A stretch of 63,974 nt of DNA, counting the filler, from Myxococcota bacterium (lineage in GTDB: Bacteria; Myxococcota; Myxococcia; Myxococcales; Myxococcaceae): NCBI GenBank assembly GCA_049322255.1. It is 4 parts of 4 records of this genome, joined end to end, with 100 filler letters (N's around TTAATTAATTAA, not from the genome) between each part and the next. Parts side by side here need not be neighbours in the genome. Positions count along the whole stretch, not along the records: positions 38,811 to 57,739 come from JBMORE010000082.1; positions 57,840 to 63,974 come from JBMORE010000176.1; 2 more parts are not named here. One strand, written 5' to 3'. Under the pieces are notes generated by a model. It saw nothing but the letters and a program-made list of their open reading frames with translations. It was not told where the DNA came from and searched no databases. Shown here in pieces: positions 48,835 through 59,311 of the stretch. How positions within the stretch are numbered: the stretch's first letter is position 1; every line of letters begins with the position of its first letter. A program made the position numbers and the translations under genes.

Positions 48835-50871
48835 ATGAACTCTCAGGCCTTCGGCAAATATCAACTCCTCAAGAAGCTGGCCACCGGCGGCATGGCCGAG
48901 GTGTGGCTGGCGCGGGAGACGGGTATCGAAGGGTTCAACCGGCTCTTGGTGGTCAAGCGCATCTTGCCCCACTTGGCGGACGACCCGGAGTTCGTGCAGA
49001 TGTTCCTCAACGAGGCGAAGATCGTCGCCCGCCTCAACCACCCGAACATCGCGCAGATCTACGAGCTCGGCGAGACAGGCGGCCTCTACTTCATCGCGAT
49101 GGAGTTCGTGCACGGTGAAGACTTAGGGAGGGTGATGCGCAAGGCCTGGAGCACCGGCCAGTGGATCGCCCGACCCTTGGCCATTCGCATCGTCGCCTCG
49201 GCGTGCGAGGCGCTGTACTACGCGCACTCCAAGGTCGACGAGGCGGGGCGGCCGCTGCGGGTGGTGCACCGCGACATCTCTCCGCAAAACATCCTCATCA
49301 GCTTCGATGGCTCGGTGAAGGTGGTGGACTTCGGCATCGCCAAGGCCGCTGACCAGGTGTCGATGACCAAGTCAGGCGCCATCAAGGGCAAGTTCGCGTA
49401 CATGTCGCCCGAGCAGGCGGCGGGAAAGGCGCTCGACCACCGCTCCGACATCTTCGCCTTGGGGCTGGTGCTCTACGAGCTGCTCACCGGGGTACGGCCG
49501 CTGAAACGAGACAGCGAGCTGGGCACGCTCCAAGCCGCGCTGGCGTGCGCGATCGAGAAACCTTCGGCGGTCGCCGACGTGCCCCCTGAGCTCGACGGGG
49601 TGGTGATGGCCGCTCTCGCCAAGGCGACCGACGATCGCTACCGCGATGCGCGCGCTTTCCAGATGGCGCTCGAAGAGCTCCTCGTCTTGCAGCGCTGGGT
49701 CGCCACTTCGGTGCAAGTGTCGGAGCTGATGTCCACGCTCTTTTCCGACCGCCTCCAAGAAGAAGCGCGGCTGGGGCGCCCAGAGCCTCGCCCGCGTGAA
49801 GCATCGCCCTCGGGGAGCCAAGTGGTGTCGGCGCCGCCAAAGGAGCCACCCACCGACTCGGGCGAGGCCCTCGCGGTGAGCGACGCGGCCAGCATGGAGT
49901 GGGCCGCGCCGCCCGGGAGCGACTCTCCGGAGGCGCGTGCGTGGGGCACGGAGCGGCCGTCGCGAACCCGGCTGCGTGAGCTGACCAAGGCCCAGGGGCG
50001 TCGGCAGAGCGGCGCGCACCCCAAAGCTCCCCCTGGCGAGCTCCCCGACCGCCAGGCGCCGCCCTCGGATGAAATGCCCGACAGCCTGCTCCCCTTGCCG
50101 CCCACCAAGGTCCCGCGGAGGACTTCGTCCACCGGGGTGCGCAAAAAGAGCAGCGCCAAGCTGAAGGAGGCCAGCGCCGATAGGTGGCGAAGCTCCATTC
50201 CTTCGATGCCCAAGGAGCCCACCCACCCAGATGGCGAGGCGAGCGAGGGCGACGCCGGCATCGACGAGATGCTCACCACCCACCGGCAGGGGCTCAAACG
50301 GGTGGTGTGGGTGGGCGCGGTGGTGGCGGCGCTGGCGCTGGTGGCCCTGTTTCGCGGCAGCTGGGTGGGCGCGTTCAGCGGGAAGGGCGACGGGGAGCCG
50401 GTTCTCCTCAGTGTCACCTCCAACCCCAAGGCGATGGTGGTGGTGCGCCACGCCAAGAGCGAGAACGAGAAGCAGCCCGAGGAGAAGCTGGGGCACACGC
50501 CGCTCAAGAACGTGCGAGGCGTGCACGCGCTGGACACCCTCATGCTCGTCAACGACGACCTCGGCTGCTACCACGAGGAGGTGCTCGCGCCCGGCCGCCC
50601 CAGCGAGGTGCAGAAGATTGAACGCGAGTTCAAGACGGGCTCGCTCAAGCTTCGCATCACCCCTTCAGGCGCCACCGGCCTCACCGTCTGGCGCAAGGAC
50701 AGGCTGATGGGCACCTATACGCCGGGGCTGGCGATCGAGCTGTGCGAAGGGCGCCAGCACCTCGAGCTGCGCGGAGACGGTCTTCGGCAGAGCGTGCTCT
50801 TCGACGTACAGATCAAGCCCGGCGGTCACGTGGAGAAGACGCTCGACATCTCCGCCTTCTTGTCGCCCTAG
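48835..50871 (+). CDS. Membrane Ser/Thr protein kinase (Hanks type)
   Basis: [28 protein letters not shown] helix and PEGA-like C-terminus. Confidence 0.95.
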   Translation: MNSQAFGKYQLLKKLATGGMAEVWLARETGIEGFNRLLVVKRILPHLADDPEFVQMFLNEAKIVARLNHPNIAQIYELGETGGLYFIAMEFVHGEDLGRVMRKAWSTGQWIARPLAIRIVASACEALYYAHSKVDEAGRPLRVVHRDISPQNILISFDGSVKVVDFGIAKAADQVSMTKSGAIKGKFAYMSPEQAAGKALDHRSDIFALGLVLYELLTGVRPLKRDSELGTLQAALACAIEKPSAVADVPPELDGVVMAALAKATDDRYRDARAFQMALEELLVLQRWVATSVQVSELMSTLFSDRLQEEARLGRPEPRPREASPSGSQVVSAPPKEPPTDSGEALAVSDAASMEWAAPPGSDSPEARAWGTERPSRTRLRELTKAQGRRQSGAHPKAPPGELPDRQAPPSDEMPDSLLPLPPTKVPRRTSSTGVRKKSSAKLKEASADRWRSSIPSMPKEPTHPDGEASEGDAGIDEMLTTHRQGLKRVVWVGAVVAALALVALFRGSWVGAFSGKGDGEPVLLSVTSNPKAMVVVRHAKSENEKQPEEKLGHTPLKNVRGVHALDTLMLVNDDLGCYHEEVLAPGRPSEVQKIEREFKTGSLKLRITPSGATGLTVWRKDRLMGTYTPGLAIELCEGRQHLELRGDGLRQSVLFDVQIKPGGHVEKTLDISAFLSP

Positions 50872-52028
50872 GCAGCGGTGGAGCAGAACAGCTCGTAATC
50901 GATGAACTCGACCTTCGCGCCGTCCTTGCACACCGGGCAGTTGGGGTCACGCCGCAGCTTGAGCTCCTGGAAGCGGGTGCCGAGCGCGTCGAACATCACC
51001 AGCCGGCCGGCGAGGGGGTTGCCCTTGCCGAGGATGAGCTTCAACGCCTCGTTGGCCTGGAACAGCCCCACGATGCCCGGGAGCACTCCCAAAACGCCCG
51101 CCTCGGCGCAGGAGGGCGCCATCTCCGGGGGCGGAGGTTGCGGATAGAGGCAGCGGTAGCACGGCCCCTGCCGGGGGAGGAAGGTCGTCACCTGGCCCTC
51201 GAAGCGGTAGATGGAACCGTGGACGTTGGGCTTGTTCAGCACCACGCAGGCGTCGTTGAGCAGGTAGCGGGTGGGAAAGTTGTCTCCCCCGTCGAGCACC
51301 AAGTCGAAGGGTTCGAGAATGCGCAGCACGTTTTGGGAGGTCAGCCGCTCCTGGAAAGGCACCACCTTCACGTCGGGGTTGAGCGCGCGAATCGCGGCCG
51401 CGGCGCTCTCCGTCTTGGGCATGCCCGCACGCTCCTGGGTGTGAATCACCTGGCGTTGCAGGTTGGAGAGGTCGACCACGTCCATGTCGATGATGCCCAA
51501 GGTGCCCACCCCGGCGGCGGCGAGGTACAGCGCGGCGGGAGAGCCCAAGCCCCCGGCGCCCATCAGGAGTACCTTCGCCTGGAGAAGCTTGGCTTGGCCC
51601 TCTTCACCGACTTCGGGGATGACCAGATGCCGGCGGTAGCGCTCTTTTTGCTCGTTGGAGAGAACGAAGGGTTTCTCGACAGGGTAAGCGGCGTCGTGCC
51701 AGCGGTTGAAGCCGCCCGCCATCGAAAAGACGTGGGTGTAGCCCAGCTCCTGGAGCGTCTTGGCCGCCAGCGCCGAGCGGGTTCCACCGGCGCAGTAGAG
51801 CACGACCTCTTCGTCGCGGCGGGCCTTGTCCTCGATGCGCATCTCGAGGAAGCCGCGCGGCACCGACACCGCTCCCGGGAGCCGGCCGGCGCCGTACTCC
51901 TCGCCCTCGCGCACGTCGACGAGCTTCACGGGCCGCTTCGCGTCGAGCCACTGCTTCACCTCGTCGACGGACACCTCGCGAATTTCCTTCTTCACCGAGG
52001 CAAGGACGTCACGGAAAGTAGGCGCCAT
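50868..52028 (-). CDS. moeB: Rhodanese-MoeB (molybdopterin-synthase adenylyltransferase) fusion
   Basis: N-terminal rhodanese YCAGGTRS; GAGGLG, SNLQRQ, CYRC, CPVC. Confidence 0.92.
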   Translation of the reverse strand: MAPTFRDVLASVKKEIREVSVDEVKQWLDAKRPVKLVDVREGEEYGAGRLPGAVSVPRGFLEMRIEDKARRDEEVVLYCAGGTRSALAAKTLQELGYTHVFSMAGGFNRWHDAAYPVEKPFVLSNEQKERYRRHLVIPEVGEEGQAKLLQAKVLLMGAGGLGSPAALYLAAAGVGTLGIIDMDVVDLSNLQRQVIHTQERAGMPKTESAAAAIRALNPDVKVVPFQERLTSQNVLRILEPFDLVLDGGDNFPTRYLLNDACVVLNKPNVHGSIYRFEGQVTTFLPRQGPCYRCLYPQPPPPEMAPSCAEAGVLGVLPGIVGLFQANEALKLILGKGNPLAGRLVMFDALGTRFQELKLRRDPNCPVCKDGAKVEFIDYELFCSTAA

Positions 52029-52076
52029 GGAGGCCCTCTATAGCGCAGGGCCGTATGGATTTCAGAGGAGGGGACG

Positions 52077-52832
52077 ATGGACCGGCCGCTGGAAGGGAAG
52101 GTCGTCTTGGTTTCGGGGGGCGGGGTGCGCCTGGGCCGAGCCATCGCCGAGGGGCTGGGAGCCTCTGGGGCGGCGGTAGCGGTGCACTGTCATGCCTCCC
52201 GCCAAGGGGCCGAGGAGGCGGCGGCGGTCATTCGAGCCGACGGCAACCGCGCGGGCGTTTTTCCGGCGGACCTGCGGAAAGAGGAGGAGATCGAGGCGCT
52301 GGTGGCGCGCGTCGAGGCGGAGCTGGGCCCCATCGCGGTGCTGGTCAACAGCGCGGCCCTCTTCCTTCGCGCTGATTTTCTCACCACCTCGACACGGGTG
52401 CTCGACGAACAGTGGCAGGTGAACGCGCGTGGTCCCTACTTGCTCACCCAGGCGGTGGCCAGGCGTATGAGCGCGCGCGGCGGAGGTGATGTCGTCAACG
52501 TGCTCGACGTCGGGGGGGCACTTCAAGCGTGGCGGCACTACACCGCTTACGGAATGACCAAGGCCGCGCTCGCCTCGCTGACCCACAGCCTCGCCCTCGA
52601 GCTGGCGCCGGCCGTTCGGGTCAATGCGGTGGCGCCGGGCACGGTGCTGCCTCCGGAAGGGCTGCCTCCTGAGGTGCTCGCCGCCTTGAAGGAGCGCATT
52701 CCCCAGCGGCGCTTCGGCACTCCGGAAGACGTGGTGGCGGCGGTGCGCTTCTTGGTGTGCGGCCCGCGCTTTGTCACCGGGCAGATACTCGCCGTGGACG
52801 GAGGGCGCTCCATTCACGGGGGAAACGGTTGA
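52077..52832 (+). CDS. SDR oxidoreductase (pteridine reductase/FolM-like)
   Basis: SGGGVRLGRAI, VNSA, YGMTK, LELAP.VRVNAVAPG. Confidence 0.88.
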   Translation: MDRPLEGKVVLVSGGGVRLGRAIAEGLGASGAAVAVHCHASRQGAEEAAAVIRADGNRAGVFPADLRKEEEIEALVARVEAELGPIAVLVNSAALFLRADFLTTSTRVLDEQWQVNARGPYLLTQAVARRMSARGGGDVVNVLDVGGALQAWRHYTAYGMTKAALASLTHSLALELAPAVRVNAVAPGTVLPPEGLPPEVLAALKERIPQRRFGTPEDVVAAVRFLVCGPRFVTGQILAVDGGRSIHGGNG

Positions 52833-52849
52833 GGTATATAAGGAGCGTC

Positions 52850-53188
52850 ATGGACAATCTTTCTGCCTTCGTCCTCACCCCAGCGGCAGTGCAGCAGGTG
52901 AAGGACATCATCCAGGCGCAGAAGTTCGAGGGCTACTTCCTCTCGGTGCGCGTGGTGCCCAGCGGCTGCAGTGGGCTGGGCTACGATTTGAACCTGGTCA
53001 AGGACACCAAGGCGGGCGACCAGACGTGGGAGCAGGACGGGGTGAAGATTGCCACCGACCCGATGAGCAGCCACCACCTCGCCGGCACCGAAATTGACTA
53101 CGTGACCAGCCTCCAGGGCTCGGGGTTCAAGTTCAAAAATCCCAACGCCAAGTCGTCGTGTGGCTGCGGCAGCTCGTTCTCCACCTAA
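52850..53188 (+). CDS. HesB/IscA Fe-S cluster assembly protein
   Basis: SGCSGLGY, NPNAKSSCGCGSSF; AGGAG RBS. Confidence 0.93.
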   Translation: MDNLSAFVLTPAAVQQVKDIIQAQKFEGYFLSVRVVPSGCSGLGYDLNLVKDTKAGDQTWEQDGVKIATDPMSSHHLAGTEIDYVTSLQGSGFKFKNPNAKSSCGCGSSFST

Positions 53189-53193
53189 TTCGT

Positions 53194-53697
53194 TCAACAA
53201 CGGAACGTATCGCTCCAGGCAGCGGTGCCTGTCTTGCGCTGTAACCGCACCTGCCTGCGGGCCTGCGCCTCGGCGAAGGCGCGGCGCTCGGAGTCGGACT
53301 CGAGCAGGAGCGGAGGTACCGGCACCGGCTTACCCCCGGCAGAGAGGGCCACGAAGGTGAGCAGGGCGCTGGTGGTGATGTCTTTGTCGCCGGAAAGCGG
53401 ATTTTCGGCAGTGACGGTGACGCCCACTTCCATCGAGGTGCGGAAGGCGGCTAACACCCGCGCGCGTAAGGTGACGATCCATCCCACCTTGATCGGCGCG
53501 TGAAAGTGGAGCTCGTCCATCGAGGCGGTGACCACCACCTGACGGCAGTGACGCTGGGCGGCGATGCCGCCGCACACGTCGATCCACTCCATCACCTTCC
53601 CGCCGAAAGCCGCATTGAGTGGGTTGGCGTCGGGAGGGAGGATCATTTGGGTCATTACCACCTCGGATTCGCGAGGCGGTTTGGGGGCGAGGCTCAT
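53194..53697 (-). CDS. Acyl-CoA thioesterase (hotdog fold)
   Basis: DAN..AFGG..EWID, VVTASMD, FRTSMEVGV. Confidence 0.93.
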   Translation of the reverse strand: MSLAPKPPRESEVVMTQMILPPDANPLNAAFGGKVMEWIDVCGGIAAQRHCRQVVVTASMDELHFHAPIKVGWIVTLRARVLAAFRTSMEVGVTVTAENPLSGDKDITTSALLTFVALSAGGKPVPVPPLLLESDSERRAFAEAQARRQVRLQRKTGTAAWSDTFRC

Positions 53698-53712
53698 GGC
53701 GTCAGTGTAACC

Positions 53713-54318
53713 TCAGCGGTGCTTCTTGCCCCGGTTCCTACGCTCTTGTTCGTAGGCCTCGACGAGTTGCTCGAACTCCGGAACGAGGTCGGAGCGATCA
53801 ACGAGTTGCTCCAGCGTGCGAAGCCGCGATCGCACGACGTCGGCATCGAGCTTCTTTCCCTGCCGCCTGAGCACTGAGCGGATATCGGAGCGATCCTTAT
53901 CCCGGCCAGAGAGAACCTTGAGCACCACCAAGTCTTCAGCGCTGACCACCGGGACTCGCGTTTCGCCGATGTCCACGTGCGTGGCGCGGGAGAGAAACTC
54001 TTCTTCGGGACCCGGGCCGGCGAGCACGAGGTCCATCGGCAGACCAGTTCGGGCATGGAACAAGGGAAGCACGCGCGTCTGCGCGACGAAGGAGTCAACG
54101 CCCTCGGAAATTCTAAGGCGAAAGCCGGCCTGCTCGAGCAACGTCAGCAGCGCACCCAGCTGGGACTGTGGAACCTCCACGGTGACGTCTACGTCGAGCG
54201 TGTGGCGCGGAATTCCGTGCACCGCAAGTGCCTGCGCGCCGAAGACGTACCACCGCAGGCCGAGCCTGCTCAGCGGCACTTGAAGGTCGCGAAGCAGCTC
54301 AATGGTGCTGGGTTGCAC
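53713..54318 (-). CDS. Nucleotidyltransferase-fold protein, putative toxin
   Basis: FGAQA..HG.PRHTLDVD, PMDLV, SAEDLVVLKVLSGRDKD..D. Confidence 0.85.
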   Translation of the reverse strand: MQPSTIELLRDLQVPLSRLGLRWYVFGAQALAVHGIPRHTLDVDVTVEVPQSQLGALLTLLEQAGFRLRISEGVDSFVAQTRVLPLFHARTGLPMDLVLAGPGPEEEFLSRATHVDIGETRVPVVSAEDLVVLKVLSGRDKDRSDIRSVLRRQGKKLDADVVRSRLRTLEQLVDRSDLVPEFEQLVEAYEQERRNRGKKHR

Positions 54319-54550
54319 CGGCGCGCTCCAGGAGCTGCTTGAGGCGAATGTGGTTGTCGAAGTCCTCGTCGCGTTCGAGCCACGCGGCGCCTTCTGCGAC
54401 CAGCATCACCGACAAACGCAGCTCGTCTGCCATGCGAAACCCCTCGGTGGGTCCGCCGCGATCGAGGCGTTCGATGAGGTAGTCCTCCTTCATCCGCTCG
54501 AGCTCATTCCAGGGGCGGCCGAGGAACGCTTCGACGTCTTCGCGCTTCAT
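54299..54550 (-). CDS. Small helical protein, putative antitoxin
   Basis: 83 aa charged ORF overlapping the NTase start; TATCAT 6 nt before ATG. Confidence 0.7.
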   Translation of the reverse strand: MKREDVEAFLGRPWNELERMKEDYLIERLDRGGPTEGFRMADELRLSVMLVAEGAAWLERDEDFDNHIRLKQLLERAGATQHH

Positions 54551-54581
54551 GAACCAATGATAGGCAGCCGCCCACGCCTCG

Positions 54582-55259
54582 TCACGCGGCGAGGAAGGTA
54601 GTCACCCGGTCGAGGAACTCCTCGCGCCCCCGGCCGGTGCGGATGTCCAACGAAGTCACATCGAGGGTGAGGCAGTCGATGCCGTACTTGTTTTTCACCA
54701 CCAAAGGGAAGCTCGAGTAGTAGCCGTTGAGGCCGCGCAAAAATTCGCCCTGAATGCCCTTCTCCTCCTCGCGCCCCCGGCTGCGAATGCGCGAGAGCAA
54801 GACCTCCACCGTGGGCACGTCGAAACAGATGACCTTGTCCGGCTTGGCGATGTGCCTGGTCAGCCGGTGGAAGTACTCGAAGTACAGGTCCAACTCGGCA
54901 TCGGTCATGTTCCCCAGGCCGTGGAGGTACTTGGCGAAGATTTCCGGGTCTTCGTACAAGGTGCGGTCCTGGATACAGCTCTTTTTCACCGTGTGAATGA
55001 GCTCGTGGTGCTCGACCCGCTTGATGAGGAACTCGAGCTGCAGCGTGAACGACCAGCGCCGCATGTTGCCGTAGTAGTTTTTGAGGAAGCGGTTGTCGAT
55101 CACCGGCTCGTCGAACAGCTCGAAGTTGAGCTTCTGGCTCAGAAGCTTCGCCGCCGTCGTCTTGCCCGCACCGATGTTGCCGGCCATGGCGACGAAGAGC
55201 TTCTTGGCCGGCAGGCGCGCCTTGAGGCTGTTGCGAGGAGAGGGCTTCTTCATCGTCAT
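54582..55259 (-). CDS. Deoxynucleoside kinase
   Basis: [32 protein letters not shown]. Confidence 0.92.
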   Translation of the reverse strand: MTMKKPSPRNSLKARLPAKKLFVAMAGNIGAGKTTAAKLLSQKLNFELFDEPVIDNRFLKNYYGNMRRWSFTLQLEFLIKRVEHHELIHTVKKSCIQDRTLYEDPEIFAKYLHGLGNMTDAELDLYFEYFHRLTRHIAKPDKVICFDVPTVEVLLSRIRSRGREEEKGIQGEFLRGLNGYYSSFPLVVKNKYGIDCLTLDVTSLDIRTGRGREEFLDRVTTFLAA

Positions 55260-56287
55260 CCCACCGCCCAATCGAGCACCACCTTGCCCGAGTGGCCGGT
55301 GCGCATGGTGTCGAAGGCTTTCTCGAAGTCGGCGGCGGCGAAGCGGTGGGTGAGCACCGGCGAGACATCGAGGCCGCTCTGAAGCATGGAGGTCATCTTG
55401 TACCAGGTCTCGAACATCTCCCGGCCGTAGATGCCCTTGAGCACCAACCCCTTGAAGATGACCTGGTTCCAGTCGATGGGGACCTCGCTGGGGGGAATGC
55501 CGAGAATCGCCACCCGCCCGCCATGATTCATCGTTGCGAGCAGGGAGCGAAAGGCGTCACCGCTGCCGCTCATCTCCATGCCCACATCGAAGCCCTCGGT
55601 CATGCCGAGGTCCTTCATCGTGGCGTCGATGGAGACCTTGCCCACGTTGATCGCCCGCGAGGCGCCCATCTTCTGGGCGATGGCGAGCCGGTAGTCGTTG
55701 ACGTCGGTGACCACCACGTGGCGCGCGCCCACGTGCCGGGCGATCGCCGCTGCCATGCAGCCAATCGGCCCCGCGCCGGTAATGAGCACGTCTTCGCCCA
55801 CCAAATCGAAGGAGAGCGCGGTGTGCACCGCGTTGCCCAACGGGTCGAAGAAGGCGGCGATCTCGTCGGGAATTTCTTTGGGCACGCGAAAGACGTTCAC
55901 CGCGGGAATGGCGACGTATTCGGCGAAGCAGCCCGGGCGATGAATGCCCACTCCCACGGTGTTGCGGCACAGGTGACGCTTGCCCGCGCGGCAGTTGCGG
56001 CAGTGGCCACACGTCAGGTGCCCTTCGGCCGACACCCGCTCGCCCTGGTGAAAACCGGTCACCGCACCGCCTAGCTCGGCCACCTCGCCGGTGAACTCGT
56101 GGCCCAGCACCAGTGGCACGGGGACGGTCTTTCTCGACCACTCGTCCCAGTTGTAGATGTGAATGTCGGTGCCGCAGATGGCCGCCTTGCGCACCTTGAT
56201 CAGGACGTCGTTGGGGCCCAGCGTGGGCCGGGGCACCTCCTGCATCCAGATGCCCTTCTCCGCCTTCGCTTTGACCAGGGCCTTCAT
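55256..56287 (-). CDS. tdh: L-threonine 3-dehydrogenase
   Basis: [39 protein letters not shown]. Confidence 0.97.
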   Translation of the reverse strand: MKALVKAKAEKGIWMQEVPRPTLGPNDVLIKVRKAAICGTDIHIYNWDEWSRKTVPVPLVLGHEFTGEVAELGGAVTGFHQGERVSAEGHLTCGHCRNCRAGKRHLCRNTVGVGIHRPGCFAEYVAIPAVNVFRVPKEIPDEIAAFFDPLGNAVHTALSFDLVGEDVLITGAGPIGCMAAAIARHVGARHVVVTDVNDYRLAIAQKMGASRAINVGKVSIDATMKDLGMTEGFDVGMEMSGSGDAFRSLLATMNHGGRVAILGIPPSEVPIDWNQVIFKGLVLKGIYGREMFETWYKMTSMLQSGLDVSPVLTHRFAAADFEKAFDTMRTGHSGKVVLDWAVG

Positions 56288-57474
56288 CGAATCACTCCCA
56301 GCGCCCGGCCGACTTTGACGAAGGCGGCAATGGCTCGTTCGAGGTGCGCTTTTTCATGCGCCGCCGACATCTGCGTGCGGATGCGAGCCTGCCCTTGCGG
56401 CACCACCGGGTAGGAGAAGCCGATGACGTAGATGCCCTCGGCGAGCAGCCGGTTGGCCATCTCGGTGGCCAGCTTGGCATCGCCCAGCATCACCGGAATG
56501 ATCGGGTGTCCTTCGCCCGCCAAACGGAAACCCGCTTTGCTCATCTCGGCGCGGAAGTACGCACTGTTCTTCCGGAGCTTCTCGCGCAGCTCTCCGCTCT
56601 TCTCCAACAGGTCGAGCGCCTCGATCGACGCGGCGGCGATCGCCGGCATCAGCGTGTTGGAGAACAGGTAGGGCCGTGAGCGTTGCCGCAGCCAGGCGAC
56701 GATTTCTTTGTGGCCTGAGGTGTAGCCGCCCGAGGCGCCTCCCAGCGCCTTGCCCAGCGTGCCGGTGAGAATGTCCACCCGGCCCATCACTCCGCAGTGC
56801 TCGGGGGTGCCGCGCCCCTTTTCGCCCACGAAGCCCACCGCGTGCGAGTCGTCGACCATCACCAGCGCGTCGTGTCGATCGGCGAGGTCGCAGATCGCCT
56901 TCAAGTTGGCGACGATGCCGTCCATGGAAAAGACACCGTCGGTGGCGATCAACTTGAAGCGACAGCTCTTGGCCGCCTCGAGCTTTTCGGCGAGGTCGGC
57001 CATGTCGTTGTTGGCGTAGCGGAAGCGCTGGGCCTTGGAGAGGCGAACGCCGTCGATGATCGACGCGTGGTTGAGCGCGTCGGAGATGACCGCATCCTCC
57101 TCGCCCAACAGCGTCTCGAACAGCCCACCGTTGGCGTCGAAGCACGAGGAGTAGAGGATGGTGTCCTCGGTGCCGAGGAAGGCGGAGAGTCGCTCCTCCA
57201 GCCGTTTGTGAATGCTCTGGGTGCCGCAGATGAAGCGCACCGAGCTCATGCCGTAGCCCTCGCGGGTCAGCGAAGCGCGCGCCGCCTCGACGAGGGCCGG
57301 GTGGTTGGCCAGGCCGAGATAATTGTTGGCGCAAAGATTGATGACCTCGCCCCCTCCCTGCACGCGGATGACCGCCTGCTGGGGGGAGGTGATGACGCGC
57401 TCTTCCTTGAACAGCCCGCTTTGGCGGAGCGCCTCGGTTTCGGCTTTGAGGTGGGCAAGGAACGATGGGTTCAC
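56284..57474 (-). CDS. kbl: Glycine C-acetyltransferase (2-amino-3-ketobutyrate CoA ligase)
   Basis: [35 protein letters not shown]. Confidence 0.97.
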   Translation of the reverse strand: MNPSFLAHLKAETEALRQSGLFKEERVITSPQQAVIRVQGGGEVINLCANNYLGLANHPALVEAARASLTREGYGMSSVRFICGTQSIHKRLEERLSAFLGTEDTILYSSCFDANGGLFETLLGEEDAVISDALNHASIIDGVRLSKAQRFRYANNDMADLAEKLEAAKSCRFKLIATDGVFSMDGIVANLKAICDLADRHDALVMVDDSHAVGFVGEKGRGTPEHCGVMGRVDILTGTLGKALGGASGGYTSGHKEIVAWLRQRSRPYLFSNTLMPAIAAASIEALDLLEKSGELREKLRKNSAYFRAEMSKAGFRLAGEGHPIIPVMLGDAKLATEMANRLLAEGIYVIGFSYPVVPQGQARIRTQMSAAHEKAHLERAIAAFVKVGRALGVIR

Positions 57475-57553
57475 GCCGGCTCCTCGAGTCGGCGCGGCCT
57501 TAACACGGTTGCCCCAAGTTGTCGCCAAGGAGCACCCCTGCCACGATGCACCC

Positions 57554-57739
57554 ATGCGCTTGGGAGTCGACTGGGTGTCGGTGGGTATTTTCGTCGTCGC
57601 GTACGTCGTCTCGCAGGTACGCGTGCTTCCGGTACCGGTGCGCTACGGAGCCCTCTCGGGAGCGTGCGGGCTCATTGCGGTCTTGCGCCTGCGCATGGGA
57701 GCGGCGGGGGTCAACCTGATCTTCGTCGGCATCGCCGCC
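57554..57739 (+). CDS. Small membrane protein, truncated by contig end
   Basis: Hydrophobic open frame [19 protein letters not shown]... Confidence 0.55.
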
Positions 57740-57839
57740 NNNNNNNNNNNNNNNNNNNNNNNNNNNNNNNNNNNNNNNNNNNNTTAATTAATTAANNNNN
57801 NNNNNNNNNNNNNNNNNNNNNNNNNNNNNNNNNNNNNNN
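57740..57839. other. Artificial contig spacer
   Basis: N-run flanking TTAATTAATTAA. Confidence 0.99.
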
Positions 57840-57875
57840 CATGCCGAGGTCTATACCCGGCCGCCGAGCCTCGCT

Positions 57876-58436
57876 TCAACCCGAGGGCGGCTGGTACTCG
57901 GGCAGGCGGGGAGCGTCCTTGAGGCGGGGTGCGGAGGCGTCCTTCTTGGAGAGCAAGGGCGCGGCGATCGGCCAGGCAATGCCCAGGTCGGGGTCGTTCC
58001 AGAGGATGGCGGCGTCCGCCTGGGGGACGTAGACGTCGGTGCACTTGTAAAGGAAGTCGGCGACCTCCGAGAGCACGCAAAACCCGTGGGCGAACCCCGG
58101 CGGCACCCAGAGCTGGTGGCGGTTCTCGTCGGAGAGCTCCACCCCGTACCACTTACCGAACGTGGGCGAGCCCTGGCGAATGTCCACCGCCACGTCGAAC
58201 ACCGCTCCGCGGGTGACCAGCACCAACTTCCCTTGCGGCCGCGGGTGTTGAAAGTGCAGCCCGCGTAAAGCGCCCTTCACCGAGCGCGACCAATTGTCCT
58301 GCACGAAGGGCAGGGTGATGCCGACCTCGGCGTAACGCTGGGCGTGGAAGGTCTCGAGAAAGAAGCCGCGCTCGTCGCCAAAGCTCTTCGGCTCGAGGAG
58401 GAGCACGCCCGGAAGCGGCGTGGGGCTCACCTTCAT
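57876..58436 (-). CDS. rfbC: dTDP-4-dehydrorhamnose 3,5-epimerase
   Basis: [39 protein letters not shown]. Confidence 0.97.
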   Translation of the reverse strand: MKVSPTPLPGVLLLEPKSFGDERGFFLETFHAQRYAEVGITLPFVQDNWSRSVKGALRGLHFQHPRPQGKLVLVTRGAVFDVAVDIRQGSPTFGKWYGVELSDENRHQLWVPPGFAHGFCVLSEVADFLYKCTDVYVPQADAAILWNDPDLGIAWPIAAPLLSKKDASAPRLKDAPRLPEYQPPSG

Positions 58437-59311
58437 CGCGGCGAACCTTTCTCCAGCAGCGCAAGCAGGTACTTGCCGTAGTCGTTCTTCTTCATCGGCT
58501 CGGCGAGCGTGGCCAGCGCTTCGGCGCCGATGTAGCCCATGCGGAAGGCGATCTCCTCCAGGCAGGCGACCTTGAGGCCTTGGCGCTGCTCGATGATCTG
58601 AATGAAGGTCGACGCCTCCATCAGCGACTCGTGGGTGCCGGTGTCGAGCCAGGCGAAGCCGCGACCCATCAGCTCGACCCTCAGCTGCCCGCGACGCAGG
58701 TATTCGGCGTTGACGTCGGTGATTTCCAGCTCCCCGCGCGCCGAGGGTTTCAAGTGGGCGGCGATGTCCAACACCTGGTTGTCGTAGAAGTAGAGCCCGG
58801 TGACCGCGTAGTTGGACTTGGGCTGTTTGGGCTTCTCCACCAACCCCACCGGGCGGTTCTCTTTGTCGAGCTCCACCACTCCGTAGCGCTCGGGGTCTTT
58901 CACCCAGTAGCCGAAGACGGTGGCGCCGCTCTTTTGCTGGGCGGCACGCTGCACCATCTCCGAGAGCCCGTGGCCGTAGAAGATGTTGTCGCCCAGGATG
59001 AGCGCCGCGCTGTCTTTACCCACGAAGGATTTGCCGATGAGGAAGGCCTGCGCCAGCCCCTCGGGCTTGGGCTGCACCGCGTACTGGAGATTCAGCCCCC
59101 ACTGCCGGCCGTCCTCGAGCAGCTCCTCGAAGCGGGGCAGGTCAGTGGGGGTGGAGATGAGGAGGATGTCCCGAATCCCCGCCAGCATCAGGGTGGAGAT
59201 GGGGTAGTAGACCATCGGTTTGTCGTAGATGGGCAAGAGCTGCTTGGAGACCACCCGGGTGAGCGGGTAGAGCCGCGTGCCCGAGCCACCAGCGAGGACG
59301 ATGCCTTTCAT
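58433..59311 (-). CDS. rfbA: Glucose-1-phosphate thymidylyltransferase
   Basis: [42 protein letters not shown]. Confidence 0.97.
   Translation of the reverse strand: MKGIVLAGGSGTRLYPLTRVVSKQLLPIYDKPMVYYPISTLMLAGIRDILLISTPTDLPRFEELLEDGRQWGLNLQYAVQPKPEGLAQAFLIGKSFVGKDSAALILGDNIFYGHGLSEMVQRAAQQKSGATVFGYWVKDPERYGVVELDKENRPVGLVEKPKQPKSNYAVTGLYFYDNQVLDIAAHLKPSARGELEITDVNAEYLRRGQLRVELMGRGFAWLDTGTHESLMEASTFIQIIEQRQGLKVACLEEIAFRMGYIGAEALATLAEPMKKNDYGKYLLALLEKGSPR

Noticed and set aside
50868..53188. Rhodanese-MoeB as a ubiquitin-like (E1) defence or RiPP system
   Set aside because: No E2, JAB, ubiquitin-like or precursor gene nearby; neighbours are cofactor housekeeping genes
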